Assembly (NCBI GenBank): GCA_018400015.1
Contig: JAGYNB010000001.1
Coordinates: forward strand, 328,321 to 392,320
Source: Candidatus Omnitrophota bacterium
GTDB taxonomy: Bacteria > Omnitrophota > Gorgyraeia > Gygaellales > Gygaellaceae
Reading direction: 5' to 3'
DNA length: 64,000 nt
In this document: positions 1-8,906 of the stretch, in pieces
Position numbering within the stretch: position 1 is the first letter of the stretch
Layout of the letters: every line of letters starts with the position of its first letter
Position numbers and translations under genes: made by a program
Notes under the pieces: generated by a model
The model's database searches: none
Told to the model about the DNA's origin: nothing
Seen by the model: only the letters and a program-made list of their open reading frames with translations

Positions 1-120
1 AAAAGCAACTAATGTTATAAAACATTATTATAACCAAAAACAAAAGCTGATTTTATCTTCCAAAATCACCATATTAATACATAACGTTGTAAGTATTATT
101 TTAATAATTGACATATTATT

Positions 121-1242
121 ATGAAAAAAATTGTAATCATTGGTGCTGGTTTTGCAGGCTTAAGTCTGGCTTGCCGGCTTTCGAGGTATAGGGTTGATTA
201 TTCTTTGATTTTGATTGATAAAAGAAAAAAGAGCTGTTTTTTACCTTTGCTTCCCGATGTTATATCAGGTTATTTGCCCCCGGAGCATTTAGAGTATGAC
301 ATAGCAGCAATAAGCAAGCTTCAAGAGATAGATTATTTAAACGAGGAGGTAGTCAGAATCGACACCAAAGAAAACGTTATTTTTACTGCTAATTCAAGCG
401 TTCAATATGATTTTTTGGTTATCGCTAGCGGTTCAGAAACTAATTTCTTTGATAATCAACAGATGGAGGAAAATGCTTTTAAGTTAGATTGTGTTCAAGA
501 TGCGATAAGTATAGTTAATGCAGTCAAATCAAACAATTACGGTTGTGTAATTATTGTTGGGGCAGGTTATACCGGCATAGAGTTAGCGACTAGTCTGCGC
601 AAGCTTTTAACAAAGAATAAACTAGATATTCGTTTACTAATCGTTGAGCGCGAGCGTCAGATACTCAGCGGGCTTGAAGACTGGATGAGGAGCTATGTTT
701 TGAATAATTTAGTTGTTATGAATATAGAAGTTTTGACCAGCTGCGTTATCAAGGAATTCAAAACAAAAGATGTTTTATTGTCAGATAATAATCTTATATC
801 AAATTGTATGGTTATCCAAACAGCCGGTAAAAAGACTCCAGATTTTTTAGATAATATTGATTTCAATAAAGATAATCTCGGCAGGATAAAGGTTGATAGG
901 TATCTAAGAGCAAGTGAAAACTGTTTTGTAATTGGGGACTGCGCAAATTTTAGTTACCAAGAGAAAGCTTTGAGAATGGCTGTTCAGTTTTCCTTATCTG
1001 AGGCTGATATTGCTGCCCGCAATATTATTAATACTATCTACGGCATTAAGCTTTATCCTTATAAACCGAAGGATTTGGGATTTATTGTTCCGATGGCTAA
1101 TTGGAATTCTTGCGGTAAGGTGTTATCTTTTAATACCCAGGGAAAGTTAGCGAGCCTATTGCATTATGCCATGTGCGTATATAGAACCATAGGCCTTCGT
1201 AATAAATTTAACTTAATACGTTCTTTGGTGTATAATGGGTAA
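121..1242 (+). CDS. FAD-dependent pyridine nucleotide oxidoreductase, type II NADH dehydrogenase (NDH-2)-like
   Basis: Two Rossmann motifs (IIGAGFAG, IVGAGYTGIE), YDFLVIASGS, FVIGDCA; length typical of the NDH-2 family. Confidence 0.8.
   Translation: MKKIVIIGAGFAGLSLACRLSRYRVDYSLILIDKRKKSCFLPLLPDVISGYLPPEHLEYDIAAISKLQEIDYLNEEVVRIDTKENVIFTANSSVQYDFLVIASGSETNFFDNQQMEENAFKLDCVQDAISIVNAVKSNNYGCVIIVGAGYTGIELATSLRKLLTKNKLDIRLLIVERERQILSGLEDWMRSYVLNNLVVMNIEVLTSCVIKEFKTKDVLLSDNNLISNCMVIQTAGKKTPDFLDNIDFNKDNLGRIKVDRYLRASENCFVIGDCANFSYQEKALRMAVQFSLSEADIAARNIINTIYGIKLYPYKPKDLGFIVPMANWNSCGKVLSFNTQGKLASLLHYAMCVYRTIGLRNKFNLIRSLVYNG
1208..1236 (+). promoter_or_regulatory. Putative sigma70 promoter for nadE (leaderless-type)
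   Basis: TTAACT-17nt-TATAAT, with the -10 box ending 8 nt before the ATG at 1245. Confidence 0.45.
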
Positions 1243-1244
1243 AT

Positions 1245-2939
1245 ATGAAAAAACAAAATAAAACTCTTAGAATATCTTTGGCTCAGATTAATCCCATAGT
1301 GGGGGATTTGGATTATAACACTAATAAAATAATCAGTTATATCGCAAAAGCAAAAAAGCTCGGTTCTGATATGGTGGTTGTTCCTGAGCTGGCGATTACC
1401 GGATACCCGCCGGAAGATCTTTTATTAAAGAAGCATTTTATCGATGATAATCTTAAATATCTTAAGAAAATAAGAAAACATACAAAAGATATTATCTGTA
1501 TTGTTGGTTTTATAGATAAAAAAGACAAATATATTTATAATGCAGCCGCAGTAATCAACAATACTAAATTAAAGGGAGTGTACCATAAGATAAATTTGCC
1601 TAATTACAGCGTATTCGATGAAAAACGATACTTTACTAGCGGTGAAAATTCGCCAATTTTTTCTATCAAAGGCATTAATTTTGGTGTGAATATTTGCTGG
1701 GATATATGGCAGGATAACAATATCACCAAAACACTCAGCAAGAAGGGAGCAAAACTGATTATCAATATTTCCGCATCGCCTTTTCATATTGGCAAAAGGC
1801 ATTTTAGGAGACAGGGTTTAATTAAGCGTATTGATGAAAATAATATCGCCATCGCTTATTGCAATCTTGTCGGAGGCATAGATGAGCTTGTGTTTGACGG
1901 TGACAGCCTTATTATGGATAGGGATAAAAAAATAGTTGCAATTGCCAATCAATTCAAAGAGGAGCTTGTCAGCGCAGATCTGCCGGTTAAAGATTATTTG
2001 AGCAATAATCAAGATAAATCCGTGATTAAGCTAAAAGGCGCTATAAAAAATAGACCAGTTTTAAATAATACGTCTTATGTTGCTTTGGATACGTTATCTG
2101 AAATATACGGTTCTTTGGTTTTAGGCACCAGGGATTATGTCTTGAAGAACGGGTTTAAAAAAGTTGTTATCGGCCTAAGCGGGGGGATCGATTCGAGTCT
2201 TGTTGCGGCTATTGCTGTTGATGCGGTTGGAAAGAATAATTGCCTGGGGGTTTTTATGTCCTCGCGTTTTACCTCACGGGCTTCAATAGACGATAGTTTA
2301 GAGCTTTCAAAGAAACTGGGAATAGAGACTTTTTCCATACCGATAGAAGATATCTTCAGGTCTTACCTTAAAACTTTAGATAATGTTTTTAAAGATAGAA
2401 AGTCAGATATTACAGAAGAGAACATTCAGGCGCGCATAAGAGGCAATATTTTAATGGCTTTATCTAATAAATTCAAATGGCTGGTATTAACTACAGGCAA
2501 TAAAAGCGAGATATCAGTTGGATACTGTACTCTTTATGGAGACATGGCCGGAGGCTTTGCAGTGTTAAAAGATGTGCCTAAGACTTTGGTTTATAAGTTG
2601 GCAGAGTTTTTTAATAAGAATAACGGTAATATAATACCTGATAGAATACTTAAAAAAGCTCCTAGCGCTGAACTTAAAGCGAACCAAAAAGACCAGGACA
2701 AGCTTCCTGCTTACGATGTCTTAGATGAGATATTAAAATATTACGTAGAAGATGATTTACCTGTGGACAAAATTCGAAAAAAGACAGGTAAGGGGTTGAA
2801 TTTAATAAGAAGAATCGTGAAATTGGTTGATTCAAACGAATATAAGCGCCGACAGGCTCCAGTGGGGGTTAAGATATCCAAGAAGGCTTTTGGTAAAGAC
2901 AGGCGTCTTCCCATCATTAACAAGTATAAAGATTATTAG
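1245..2939 (+). CDS. nadE: Glutamine-dependent NAD+ synthetase
   Basis: N-terminal nitrilase/glutaminase domain (PELAITGYPPEDLL, NICWDIW) plus synthetase domain (GLSGGIDS, ENIQARIRG, TGNKSE, PSAEL). Confidence 0.96.
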   Translation: MKKQNKTLRISLAQINPIVGDLDYNTNKIISYIAKAKKLGSDMVVVPELAITGYPPEDLLLKKHFIDDNLKYLKKIRKHTKDIICIVGFIDKKDKYIYNAAAVINNTKLKGVYHKINLPNYSVFDEKRYFTSGENSPIFSIKGINFGVNICWDIWQDNNITKTLSKKGAKLIINISASPFHIGKRHFRRQGLIKRIDENNIAIAYCNLVGGIDELVFDGDSLIMDRDKKIVAIANQFKEELVSADLPVKDYLSNNQDKSVIKLKGAIKNRPVLNNTSYVALDTLSEIYGSLVLGTRDYVLKNGFKKVVIGLSGGIDSSLVAAIAVDAVGKNNCLGVFMSSRFTSRASIDDSLELSKKLGIETFSIPIEDIFRSYLKTLDNVFKDRKSDITEENIQARIRGNILMALSNKFKWLVLTTGNKSEISVGYCTLYGDMAGGFAVLKDVPKTLVYKLAEFFNKNNGNIIPDRILKKAPSAELKANQKDQDKLPAYDVLDEILKYYVEDDLPVDKIRKKTGKGLNLIRRIVKLVDSNEYKRRQAPVGVKISKKAFGKDRRLPIINKYKDY

Positions 2940-2952
2940 TCTGATATATAAA

Positions 2953-3045
2953 CAAAAAAACCCTTTTTAAAAGGGTTTTCTTGTAAGGAGATAATCCTTG
3001 GTGGCTCCCGCTATCTAACTGCCTCCTTGTTTTATCTTGAAATCT
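2953..3045 (-). ncRNA. Candidate small RNA (~90 nt) with GGA motifs
   Basis: Minus-strand promoter TTGATT(3080-3075)-17nt-TATAGT(3057-3052), no canonical ORF in the transcript, ends in the terminator at 2954-2982. Confidence 0.4.
2954..2982. terminator. Intrinsic terminator hairpin, probably bidirectional
   Basis: AAAACCCTTT/AAAGGGTTTT inverted repeat just after the nadE stop; 7-U tract on the minus strand, TTTTCTT on the plus strand. Confidence 0.7.
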
Positions 3046-3174
3046 ATAGTAACTATAACTTATATTGCGGGTTAAATCAAGGGACTTAGATTGATTAATT
3101 GAAAGCGTTTTCTTTTTGGTAGTGTTTGGTATAATGAGAATAGTTTTTCCTTGAAAAAATCCAAAGGTGTTTTG

Positions 3175-3285
3175 ATGTTACAGGTTAATTTTAAAAATGT
3201 TTCCTGCAATAGCGATGCCACAGCTTTTATCGTGGATAATCCAGATGCCTGGAAACGGGATATAGAAGCGAGAATCAAAAAATAA
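3175..3285 (+). CDS. Putative 36-aa small protein upstream of pncA
   Basis: MLQVNFKNVSCNSDATAFIVDNPDAWKRDIEARIKK; AAAGGTG 5 nt before the ATG; extended -10 TGGTATAAT at 3127-3135; stop 5 nt before pncA. Confidence 0.3.
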   Translation: MLQVNFKNVSCNSDATAFIVDNPDAWKRDIEARIKK

Positions 3286-3290
3286 TATAT

Positions 3291-3884
3291 ATGAAAAAAG
3301 CATTGTTGGTTGTTGATGTACAGAATGATTTTTGTTCCCGTGGCGCTTTGGCTGTAAAAGAGGCTGATAGTATAATCCCTGTAATTAATAAATATATCGA
3401 GCTATTCGAAAAAAAATCTTTGCCGATTTTTGCCTCCCGCGATTGGCACCCCAAAGAGACCACGCACTTTAAAGATTTTGGGGGTCCGTGGCCAACTCAT
3501 TGTGTGATGGATACATTTGGCGCAGAGTTTAACTGCCGGCTAAAGCTTACTTCTAAAACGGTTATTATCTCTAAAGGGATAGATAAAGAAAAAGACAGCT
3601 ATTCTGATTTTCAGGCTTTCACTGGGGGAGGCGAAGCGTTTTTGGATGTTTTGAAAAGATTTAATATAGATGAGCTTTTTGTTTGCGGTATAGCCACGGA
3701 TTATTGCGTTAAGGCTTCTGTAATAGATGCTTTAAGATACGGCTTTAAGGTAAATGTTTTAGTGGATGCGGTAAAGGCAGTGAATTTATCATCCGATGAC
3801 GGTGAAAAAGCGCTGGATGAGATGAATAAATCAGGAGCTGTTAGCCTTACGTTTGAAAGAGTAGGAAAAATAATTTCTGATTGA
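3291..3884 (+). CDS. pncA: Nicotinamidase/pyrazinamidase
   Basis: ALLVVDVQNDF, RDWHP, WPTHCV, SKG, GIATDYCV catalytic motifs. Confidence 0.93.
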   Translation: MKKALLVVDVQNDFCSRGALAVKEADSIIPVINKYIELFEKKSLPIFASRDWHPKETTHFKDFGGPWPTHCVMDTFGAEFNCRLKLTSKTVIISKGIDKEKDSYSDFQAFTGGGEAFLDVLKRFNIDELFVCGIATDYCVKASVIDALRYGFKVNVLVDAVKAVNLSSDDGEKALDEMNKSGAVSLTFERVGKIISD

Positions 3885-3968
3885 AGAGTTTTTAAAAAGA
3901 TTATTGTTTAAAAGTTGGATTTTCAGGTTATTAGTTTGTATAATGGGATTAATAAAAAAAGGTAGTGT

Positions 3969-4400
3969 ATGCAATTAACTAGTTCTGCATTCGTTGATAA
4001 TGGTATGATTCCTGTAAAATACACATGTCAGGGGCAGGATATAAATCCTGATTTGATTATCGAAGGCATTGCGGAAAATACAAAGAGCTTAGCTTTGATA
4101 ATGGATGATCCTGATGCGCCGATTGGTACCTGGGTTCATTGGGTAGTCTTTGATATTCCTGTAATTGGTCGTATTGAAGAAAATACAATTCCCGGAAAAC
4201 AAGGGAAAAATACTGCAGGAAGATTAAATTATCATGGGCCCTGCCCGCCTTCAGGCACCCACCGATATTTTTTTAAGATATATGCATTGGATAGTTTCCT
4301 GGATTTAGATAAATATGCAACCAAGGCCGAATTAGAATCCAGTATGCAGGGTCATATTTTGGACCAGGCGCAGTTGGTGGGTTTGTATAAGAAAAAATAG
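3969..4400 (+). CDS. YbhB/YbcL family PEBP (Raf kinase inhibitor-like) protein
   Basis: DDPDAP, WVHWVV, GPCPPSGTHRYFFKIYALD. Confidence 0.93.
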   Translation: MQLTSSAFVDNGMIPVKYTCQGQDINPDLIIEGIAENTKSLALIMDDPDAPIGTWVHWVVFDIPVIGRIEENTIPGKQGKNTAGRLNYHGPCPPSGTHRYFFKIYALDSFLDLDKYATKAELESSMQGHILDQAQLVGLYKKK

Positions 4401-4403
4401 TTT

Positions 4404-5285
4404 TTAGTGCTTTGGTTCTAGATGTATTACTACATCGGTTACGCCAACAAGACGGTTTTTAATCAGTATTTCGATTTGGTTGCTGATTTCGTGGGCTTTT
4501 TCTATCGGCATTGCCGGCTCAACCTGGACATGCAAGTCAAGGTTGATATCGTCTTCTCTTCCTCTGGAGCGAATTTTATGACAGCTTATTACTCCTTTTA
4601 CCGACAGGACTATATCTGATATTTCTTTAGTGTTCTTTATTGGTTGAGTATCGCATAAAATAGCGGAGCTAGATCTTGCTATTTTTATGCCGCTGTAGGC
4701 AATAAAAATAGATATAAGTATTGCGACTATAGGATCGATTATGGGAAATCCCAGTTTTGTAAAAATCAGAGCAACAAATACAGAACCTGTAGTTAAAAGG
4801 TCGGCTTTTGTGTGTATGGCGTCTGCTTTTAAAATATCGCTTTTTAATAACCGGCCTTGTTTGAGCTCGTATTTGACCACGAATATATTTACGACAAAGG
4901 TAGCTAACATAACGACAAAGCTTAATAAACTTATGCTAGGTGTAATAGGGTTTTTAAGTTGGGGTATAGATACTCTTAACAGATTAAAGGCAATCACAAA
5001 CAAAACGAGAGATATAAAAAAAGAAAAAAGGGTTTCGTATTTTTTATGGCCGTAGGGGTGTTCTGCGTCCTTAGGTTGTGAGGCAATATGAATTCCAATA
5101 AGGGCAATTATATTGGATGTGCCGTCAGATAAAGAATGGAATCCGTCCGCGGTAATGCTATGGCTTGTGATTAAAAGACCATAAACGATTTTAACTGCAG
5201 CTACAGCCCAATTAAGAGCAAGAATCGCGATCAGTACCTTTTTTATTTTAGCGAAACGCTGGAATCCTGTTGTGGGTATATGCAT
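4404..5285 (-). CDS. Cation diffusion facilitator (CDF) family transporter
   Basis: ADGFHSLSD, HPYGH, DAIHTKAD metal-site motifs, several TM segments, C-terminal VIHLEP. Confidence 0.93.
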   Translation of the reverse strand: MHIPTTGFQRFAKIKKVLIAILALNWAVAAVKIVYGLLITSHSITADGFHSLSDGTSNIIALIGIHIASQPKDAEHPYGHKKYETLFSFFISLVLFVIAFNLLRVSIPQLKNPITPSISLLSFVVMLATFVVNIFVVKYELKQGRLLKSDILKADAIHTKADLLTTGSVFVALIFTKLGFPIIDPIVAILISIFIAYSGIKIARSSSAILCDTQPIKNTKEISDIVLSVKGVISCHKIRSRGREDDINLDLHVQVEPAMPIEKAHEISNQIEILIKNRLVGVTDVVIHLEPKH

Positions 5286-5292
5286 AAAACTT

Positions 5293-5321
5293 ATTATACT
5301 CTCAAAGAAAAATTATTGCAA
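5293..5321 (-). promoter_or_regulatory. Putative sigma70 promoter for the CDF gene (leaderless-type)
   Basis: TTGCAA-17nt-TATAAT, then 7 nt to the ATG, no SD. Confidence 0.6.
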
Positions 5322-5373
5322 TTTTTGATATTTCCTTTGATAATTCTGTTATTTATTATAAAATGTACTAGCT

Positions 5374-5766
5374 ATGGATAAATTCTTTATTGAAAAAAAG
5401 ATCTATTACCACGATACGGATTGCGGTAAGGTAGTTTATTATGCAAATTATCTAAAATATCTGGAAGAAGCAAGGACGGAGTTTTTCTTATCCCGCGGCA
5501 TAGAATTAAAAAAATTAGCGCAAGAAGGGATACTTTTTGTAGTTGCTAAAGTTGATATTGATTATAAGGTTTCAGCCAGATATCAGGATGTTTTACGTAT
5601 CTACTGCGAAGTGGCAAGCGTGAAAAAGGTGGCTATCGAGTTTGTTAACACCATTAAAAGGGATTCTACAGTTATTTCTCAGGCAACAGTCGTGCTTGTT
5701 TGCGTGGGTGTAGACTTTAAACCAAGGTCATTGCCTGAAGATATCAAGCAACTTTTATTGTCGTGA
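5374..5766 (+). CDS. YbgC/FadM family acyl-CoA thioesterase
   Basis: YYHDTDCGKVVYYANYLKYLEEAR hot-dog fold motif. Confidence 0.9.
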   Translation: MDKFFIEKKIYYHDTDCGKVVYYANYLKYLEEARTEFFLSRGIELKKLAQEGILFVVAKVDIDYKVSARYQDVLRIYCEVASVKKVAIEFVNTIKRDSTVISQATVVLVCVGVDFKPRSLPEDIKQLLLS

Positions 5767-6092
5767 GAATTTGGGATATTCCCCCTTCAAAGTTATGCCG
5801 GCAGCATCTTTTAGGTGAGCATCGCGAGCTACATGCGATATGGAGTATCCTTATTAATTCAAAAAAAGGATATTCGCGTCATCCAGAGGTTTTAAGGTGG
5901 AGAGGCAAACTAAAAGCATTGTATGCAAGACATCAGGCGCTTTGTGCAGAATTGGCCAAAAGAGGTTATAATCATAAAAGCCCCCTAGATAAGAAAAAGG
6001 CAAAAGGAAATAGTTCTCAGGATAAGTTAATAGATTCAATAAGAAAACAAAAGTATATTTTGAAGAAAAAACAGTGTAATTGCAGGGTTTAA
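5763..6092 (+). CDS. Pyrimidine dimer DNA glycosylase / T4 endonuclease V-like protein
   Basis: MRIWD..LCRQHLLGEHRELHAIW and RGYNH motifs; GTG start overlapping the upstream stop. Confidence 0.85.
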   Translation: MRIWDIPPSKLCRQHLLGEHRELHAIWSILINSKKGYSRHPEVLRWRGKLKALYARHQALCAELAKRGYNHKSPLDKKKAKGNSSQDKLIDSIRKQKYILKKKQCNCRV

Positions 6093-6093
6093 A

Positions 6094-6864
6094 ATGCATA
6101 GGATATTATTTGAAATAGGAAACTTTAAGGTTTATAGCTACGGATTTATGATCGCTTTGGGTTTTGTTGTTGCGTTATTGTTTTCAGTCAGGGAAGCGAA
6201 ATCCAGGGGTTTAAATATTTCTTTGCTGCAGGATTTGTTTTTTTGGATTGTTTTAATTGGTTTTTTTGGAGCGCGCATAGTTTATATTTTGACCCAATGG
6301 CAGTATTTTATAGTCCATCCGTTTGAATTATTGTTGTCAAAAGGCGGTTTTGTTTTTTATGGCGGTTTTATATTCGGGCTTATAGCGGCAATGATATTTT
6401 TAAAAGTTAAGCGCGTTGCTTTTTATCCTATCGCTGATATCATCATGCCTTATTTGGCGCTAGCGCATGCTTTTGGCAGGGTGGGGTGCTTTCTAAACGG
6501 CTGTTGTTATGGTGTGCCCACTCAGGCTTTTTACGGAGTTAGGTTCCCGGCTGATTGTGCTGCCGGTCAGATTGCCGGAAGGTTAATCCCTACGCAGCTT
6601 ATATCAGCCAGCGCACTTTTAATAATATTTTTGGTTCTTGTGGCAATAAAGAAAAAGACAAATATTCAGGGCCTGGTTTTTTGGTTTTATGTTTTTCTTT
6701 ATTCTTTGACAAGATTTTTAATTGAATTTATCCGTTATGACTACCGCGGCAATATTGGAATTTTCTCTATTTCCCAGGTATTTGCCATTTGTTTTACAGG
6801 GATTTCGCTGTTTATGATACTAAGGCTTAAAAAGATTACAAAAAATCCTTCTAATAATGTATAA
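6094..6864 (+). CDS. lgt: Prolipoprotein diacylglyceryl transferase
   Basis: YSYGFMIALG, GARIVY, GGFVFYGG, FGRVGCFLNGCCYG, RFLIEFIR. Confidence 0.93.
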   Translation: MHRILFEIGNFKVYSYGFMIALGFVVALLFSVREAKSRGLNISLLQDLFFWIVLIGFFGARIVYILTQWQYFIVHPFELLLSKGGFVFYGGFIFGLIAAMIFLKVKRVAFYPIADIIMPYLALAHAFGRVGCFLNGCCYGVPTQAFYGVRFPADCAAGQIAGRLIPTQLISASALLIIFLVLVAIKKKTNIQGLVFWFYVFLYSLTRFLIEFIRYDYRGNIGIFSISQVFAICFTGISLFMILRLKKITKNPSNNV

Positions 6865-6873
6865 TGACTTATT

Positions 6874-7347
6874 ATGAAACTACTGGAAATTAAGAAATAT
6901 CCGGATAAGATTCTTAAAAAAACCTGTGAAGACATAGTTGAAGTTACGGAAAAAGAACTAAAGTTGTTTGATAGTATGCTTTATACAATGAAGCATTTTT
7001 ACGGCATTGGTTTAGCCGGTCCGCAGGTGGGAATTTTAAAGAATATAATTGTTGTTGATATCGGTGAAGGGCCGGTAAAATTAATTAATCCAAAGGTTGT
7101 TGCTTTAAATGGCAGCGGTGTTATGAAAGAAGGTTGTCTGAGCGTTCCTGGAGTGGACGTGGAAGTTGAACGCGCCTATAAAATTACCGTATTGGGAGTA
7201 AATGAAAAGGGAAATGATGTTGAACTTAAGGTAAGGGGTTTACTGGCTAGAGTTTTATTGCATGAGATTGACCATTTAAGAGGCAAAACAATAGTAGATT
7301 ATATGCAGTTTTTTGATAAGATGAAGTTTAATTTAAAGGGAAGATGA
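6874..7347 (+). CDS. def: Peptide deformylase
   Basis: GIGLAGPQVG, EGCLS, HEIDH motifs. Confidence 0.96.
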   Translation: MKLLEIKKYPDKILKKTCEDIVEVTEKELKLFDSMLYTMKHFYGIGLAGPQVGILKNIIVVDIGEGPVKLINPKVVALNGSGVMKEGCLSVPGVDVEVERAYKITVLGVNEKGNDVELKVRGLLARVLLHEIDHLRGKTIVDYMQFFDKMKFNLKGR

Positions 7348-7348
7348 T

Positions 7349-7561
7349 ATGAGCGAGTGCAAAATAGAACAGAATAAAAAGTATTGTAATTGCAGTTATG
7401 ATTCCTGCGGTAAAAAAGGCATATGCTGCGATTGTCTGCATTATCATAGAAAACAAGGGCAAATGCCTGCGTGTTTTTTCCCCGATGATATTGAAAAAGC
7501 ATATGACCGCTCAATTGATAAATTTATTGAAGTGTATAATGAAAGAGGCGCGTGGTGGTAG
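7349..7561 (+). CDS. Small cysteine-rich protein (DUF6485-like)
   Basis: C..CNCSY..CGKKGICCDC..YH....PACFF..E..YDRS pattern. Confidence 0.7.
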   Translation: MSECKIEQNKKYCNCSYDSCGKKGICCDCLHYHRKQGQMPACFFPDDIEKAYDRSIDKFIEVYNERGAWW

Positions 7562-8517
7562 ACGGTAATCAGCTGTATGATTTATTGATTATTGGTGCTG
7601 GTCCTGCGGGTTTGACTGCTGCAATATATGCTGGGCGTTCAAGGCTGAATACGCTTGTTTTTGAGTCTGCGTCTAATTTAAGTCAGGCTATGCTTACAGA
7701 CGATATTGAAAATTACCCTGGTTTTCCCGAGGGTATTACTGGAATGGAGTTGGTTGAAAAATTTAAAACTCAGGCGAAGAATTTTTCAGCTAAGATAATG
7801 AGCAAGGAAGTAAAAAAAATCGAACAGGCCGATCTTGAAGGCAAGAAAGTATGGGCTGTTTATACCGATGACGGGCAAGTTTTTAAGAGCCTGTCCGTCA
7901 TTATCGCAACTGGCGCAAAGCCGAAACAGCTTGGCGTTGATGGGGAAAATCTTTTACGCGGTAAGGGTGTTTCGTATTGTGCAACTTGCGATGCTGCTTT
8001 TTTTAAAAATAAGAAAGTCGTTGTTGTCGGAGGTGGAGATACGGCTATTGAAGAGGCGCTTTTTCTCACGCGTTTTGCCAGTGAAGTTGTTGTTGTGCAC
8101 AGAAGGAATAAACTTCGCGCTACAAAGATCCTGCAGGAAAGAGCATTGGAGAATAAAAAGATAAGTTTTTTGTGGGAATCCAATCTAGTATCCATAGAAG
8201 GAAAGCAGAAAGTAGAAGGTGTGATTTGTGAAAATGTAAATACAAAACAAAAAAGCTCGTGTAAATGCGACGGGGTTTTTATATTTGTTGGCTATGAGCC
8301 AAATACATCTTTTTTAAAAGCCTTGCTTAATGCCGACGACTCAGGTTATCTTATCGTTAATAAAAAGCTAGAAACGTCATCTAAGGGTATCTTCGCCTGC
8401 GGAGACTGTTGCCAGAAGCACTTAAAACAGGTTATAACTGCCTGCGCCGAAGGTGCGTTGGCATATCACTATAGCTTTTCATATATTAATGAAGTCAAAG
8501 GGATTGTTTATAAATAA
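7552..8517 (+). CDS. trxB: Thioredoxin-disulfide reductase
   Basis: GAGPAGLTAA, IENYPGF, GVSYCATCD, GGGDTAIEEA, HRR. Confidence 0.96.
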   Translation: MVVDGNQLYDLLIIGAGPAGLTAAIYAGRSRLNTLVFESASNLSQAMLTDDIENYPGFPEGITGMELVEKFKTQAKNFSAKIMSKEVKKIEQADLEGKKVWAVYTDDGQVFKSLSVIIATGAKPKQLGVDGENLLRGKGVSYCATCDAAFFKNKKVVVVGGGDTAIEEALFLTRFASEVVVVHRRNKLRATKILQERALENKKISFLWESNLVSIEGKQKVEGVICENVNTKQKSSCKCDGVFIFVGYEPNTSFLKALLNADDSGYLIVNKKLETSSKGIFACGDCCQKHLKQVITACAEGALAYHYSFSYINEVKGIVYK

Positions 8518-8541
8518 ATCAACTCGAGAAAGGAGTTACTC

Positions 8542-8859
8542 ATGGAGATTGAAATAAGAGAGGATAATTTTAAAACAGAGGTGTTGGAGTCTAAAATCCC
8601 TTGTTTGGTGGATTTTTGGGCCGAGTGGTGCGGGCCTTGTAAAATGATCGCACCTTCTTTAAAAGAAATTGCTCAAGAGTATAAAGATAAGATCAAGGTT
8701 TGTAAAATAAATATTGATGAAGCTTCTTCTATCGCCAGTAGCTATGGTATAATGAGCATACCTACGTTAATGGTTTTTAAGGATGGATCGGTGCAAAATA
8801 GCGCAGTAGGTGCTTTGCCAAAATCAGACATAGTCTCCTTGATAAAGTCTTATGTATAA
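8542..8859 (+). CDS. trxA: Thioredoxin
   Basis: DFWAEWCGPCK, SIPT; SD AAGGAG. Confidence 0.97.
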   Translation: MEIEIREDNFKTEVLESKIPCLVDFWAEWCGPCKMIAPSLKEIAQEYKDKIKVCKINIDEASSIASSYGIMSIPTLMVFKDGSVQNSAVGALPKSDIVSLIKSYV

Positions 8860-8906
8860 ATTAGTTGTAATAGTTTCTTTTATTATGATATAATTGAAAA
8901 GTCAAA

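Noticed and set aside
1-120. Possible divergent gene start at the window edge
   Set aside because: Minus-strand frames contain early stops and there is too little sequence to call
3072-3278. 68-aa minus-strand ORF in the nadE-pncA gap
   Set aside because: No SD or motif, and it overlaps better-supported promoter signals and the + strand small ORF
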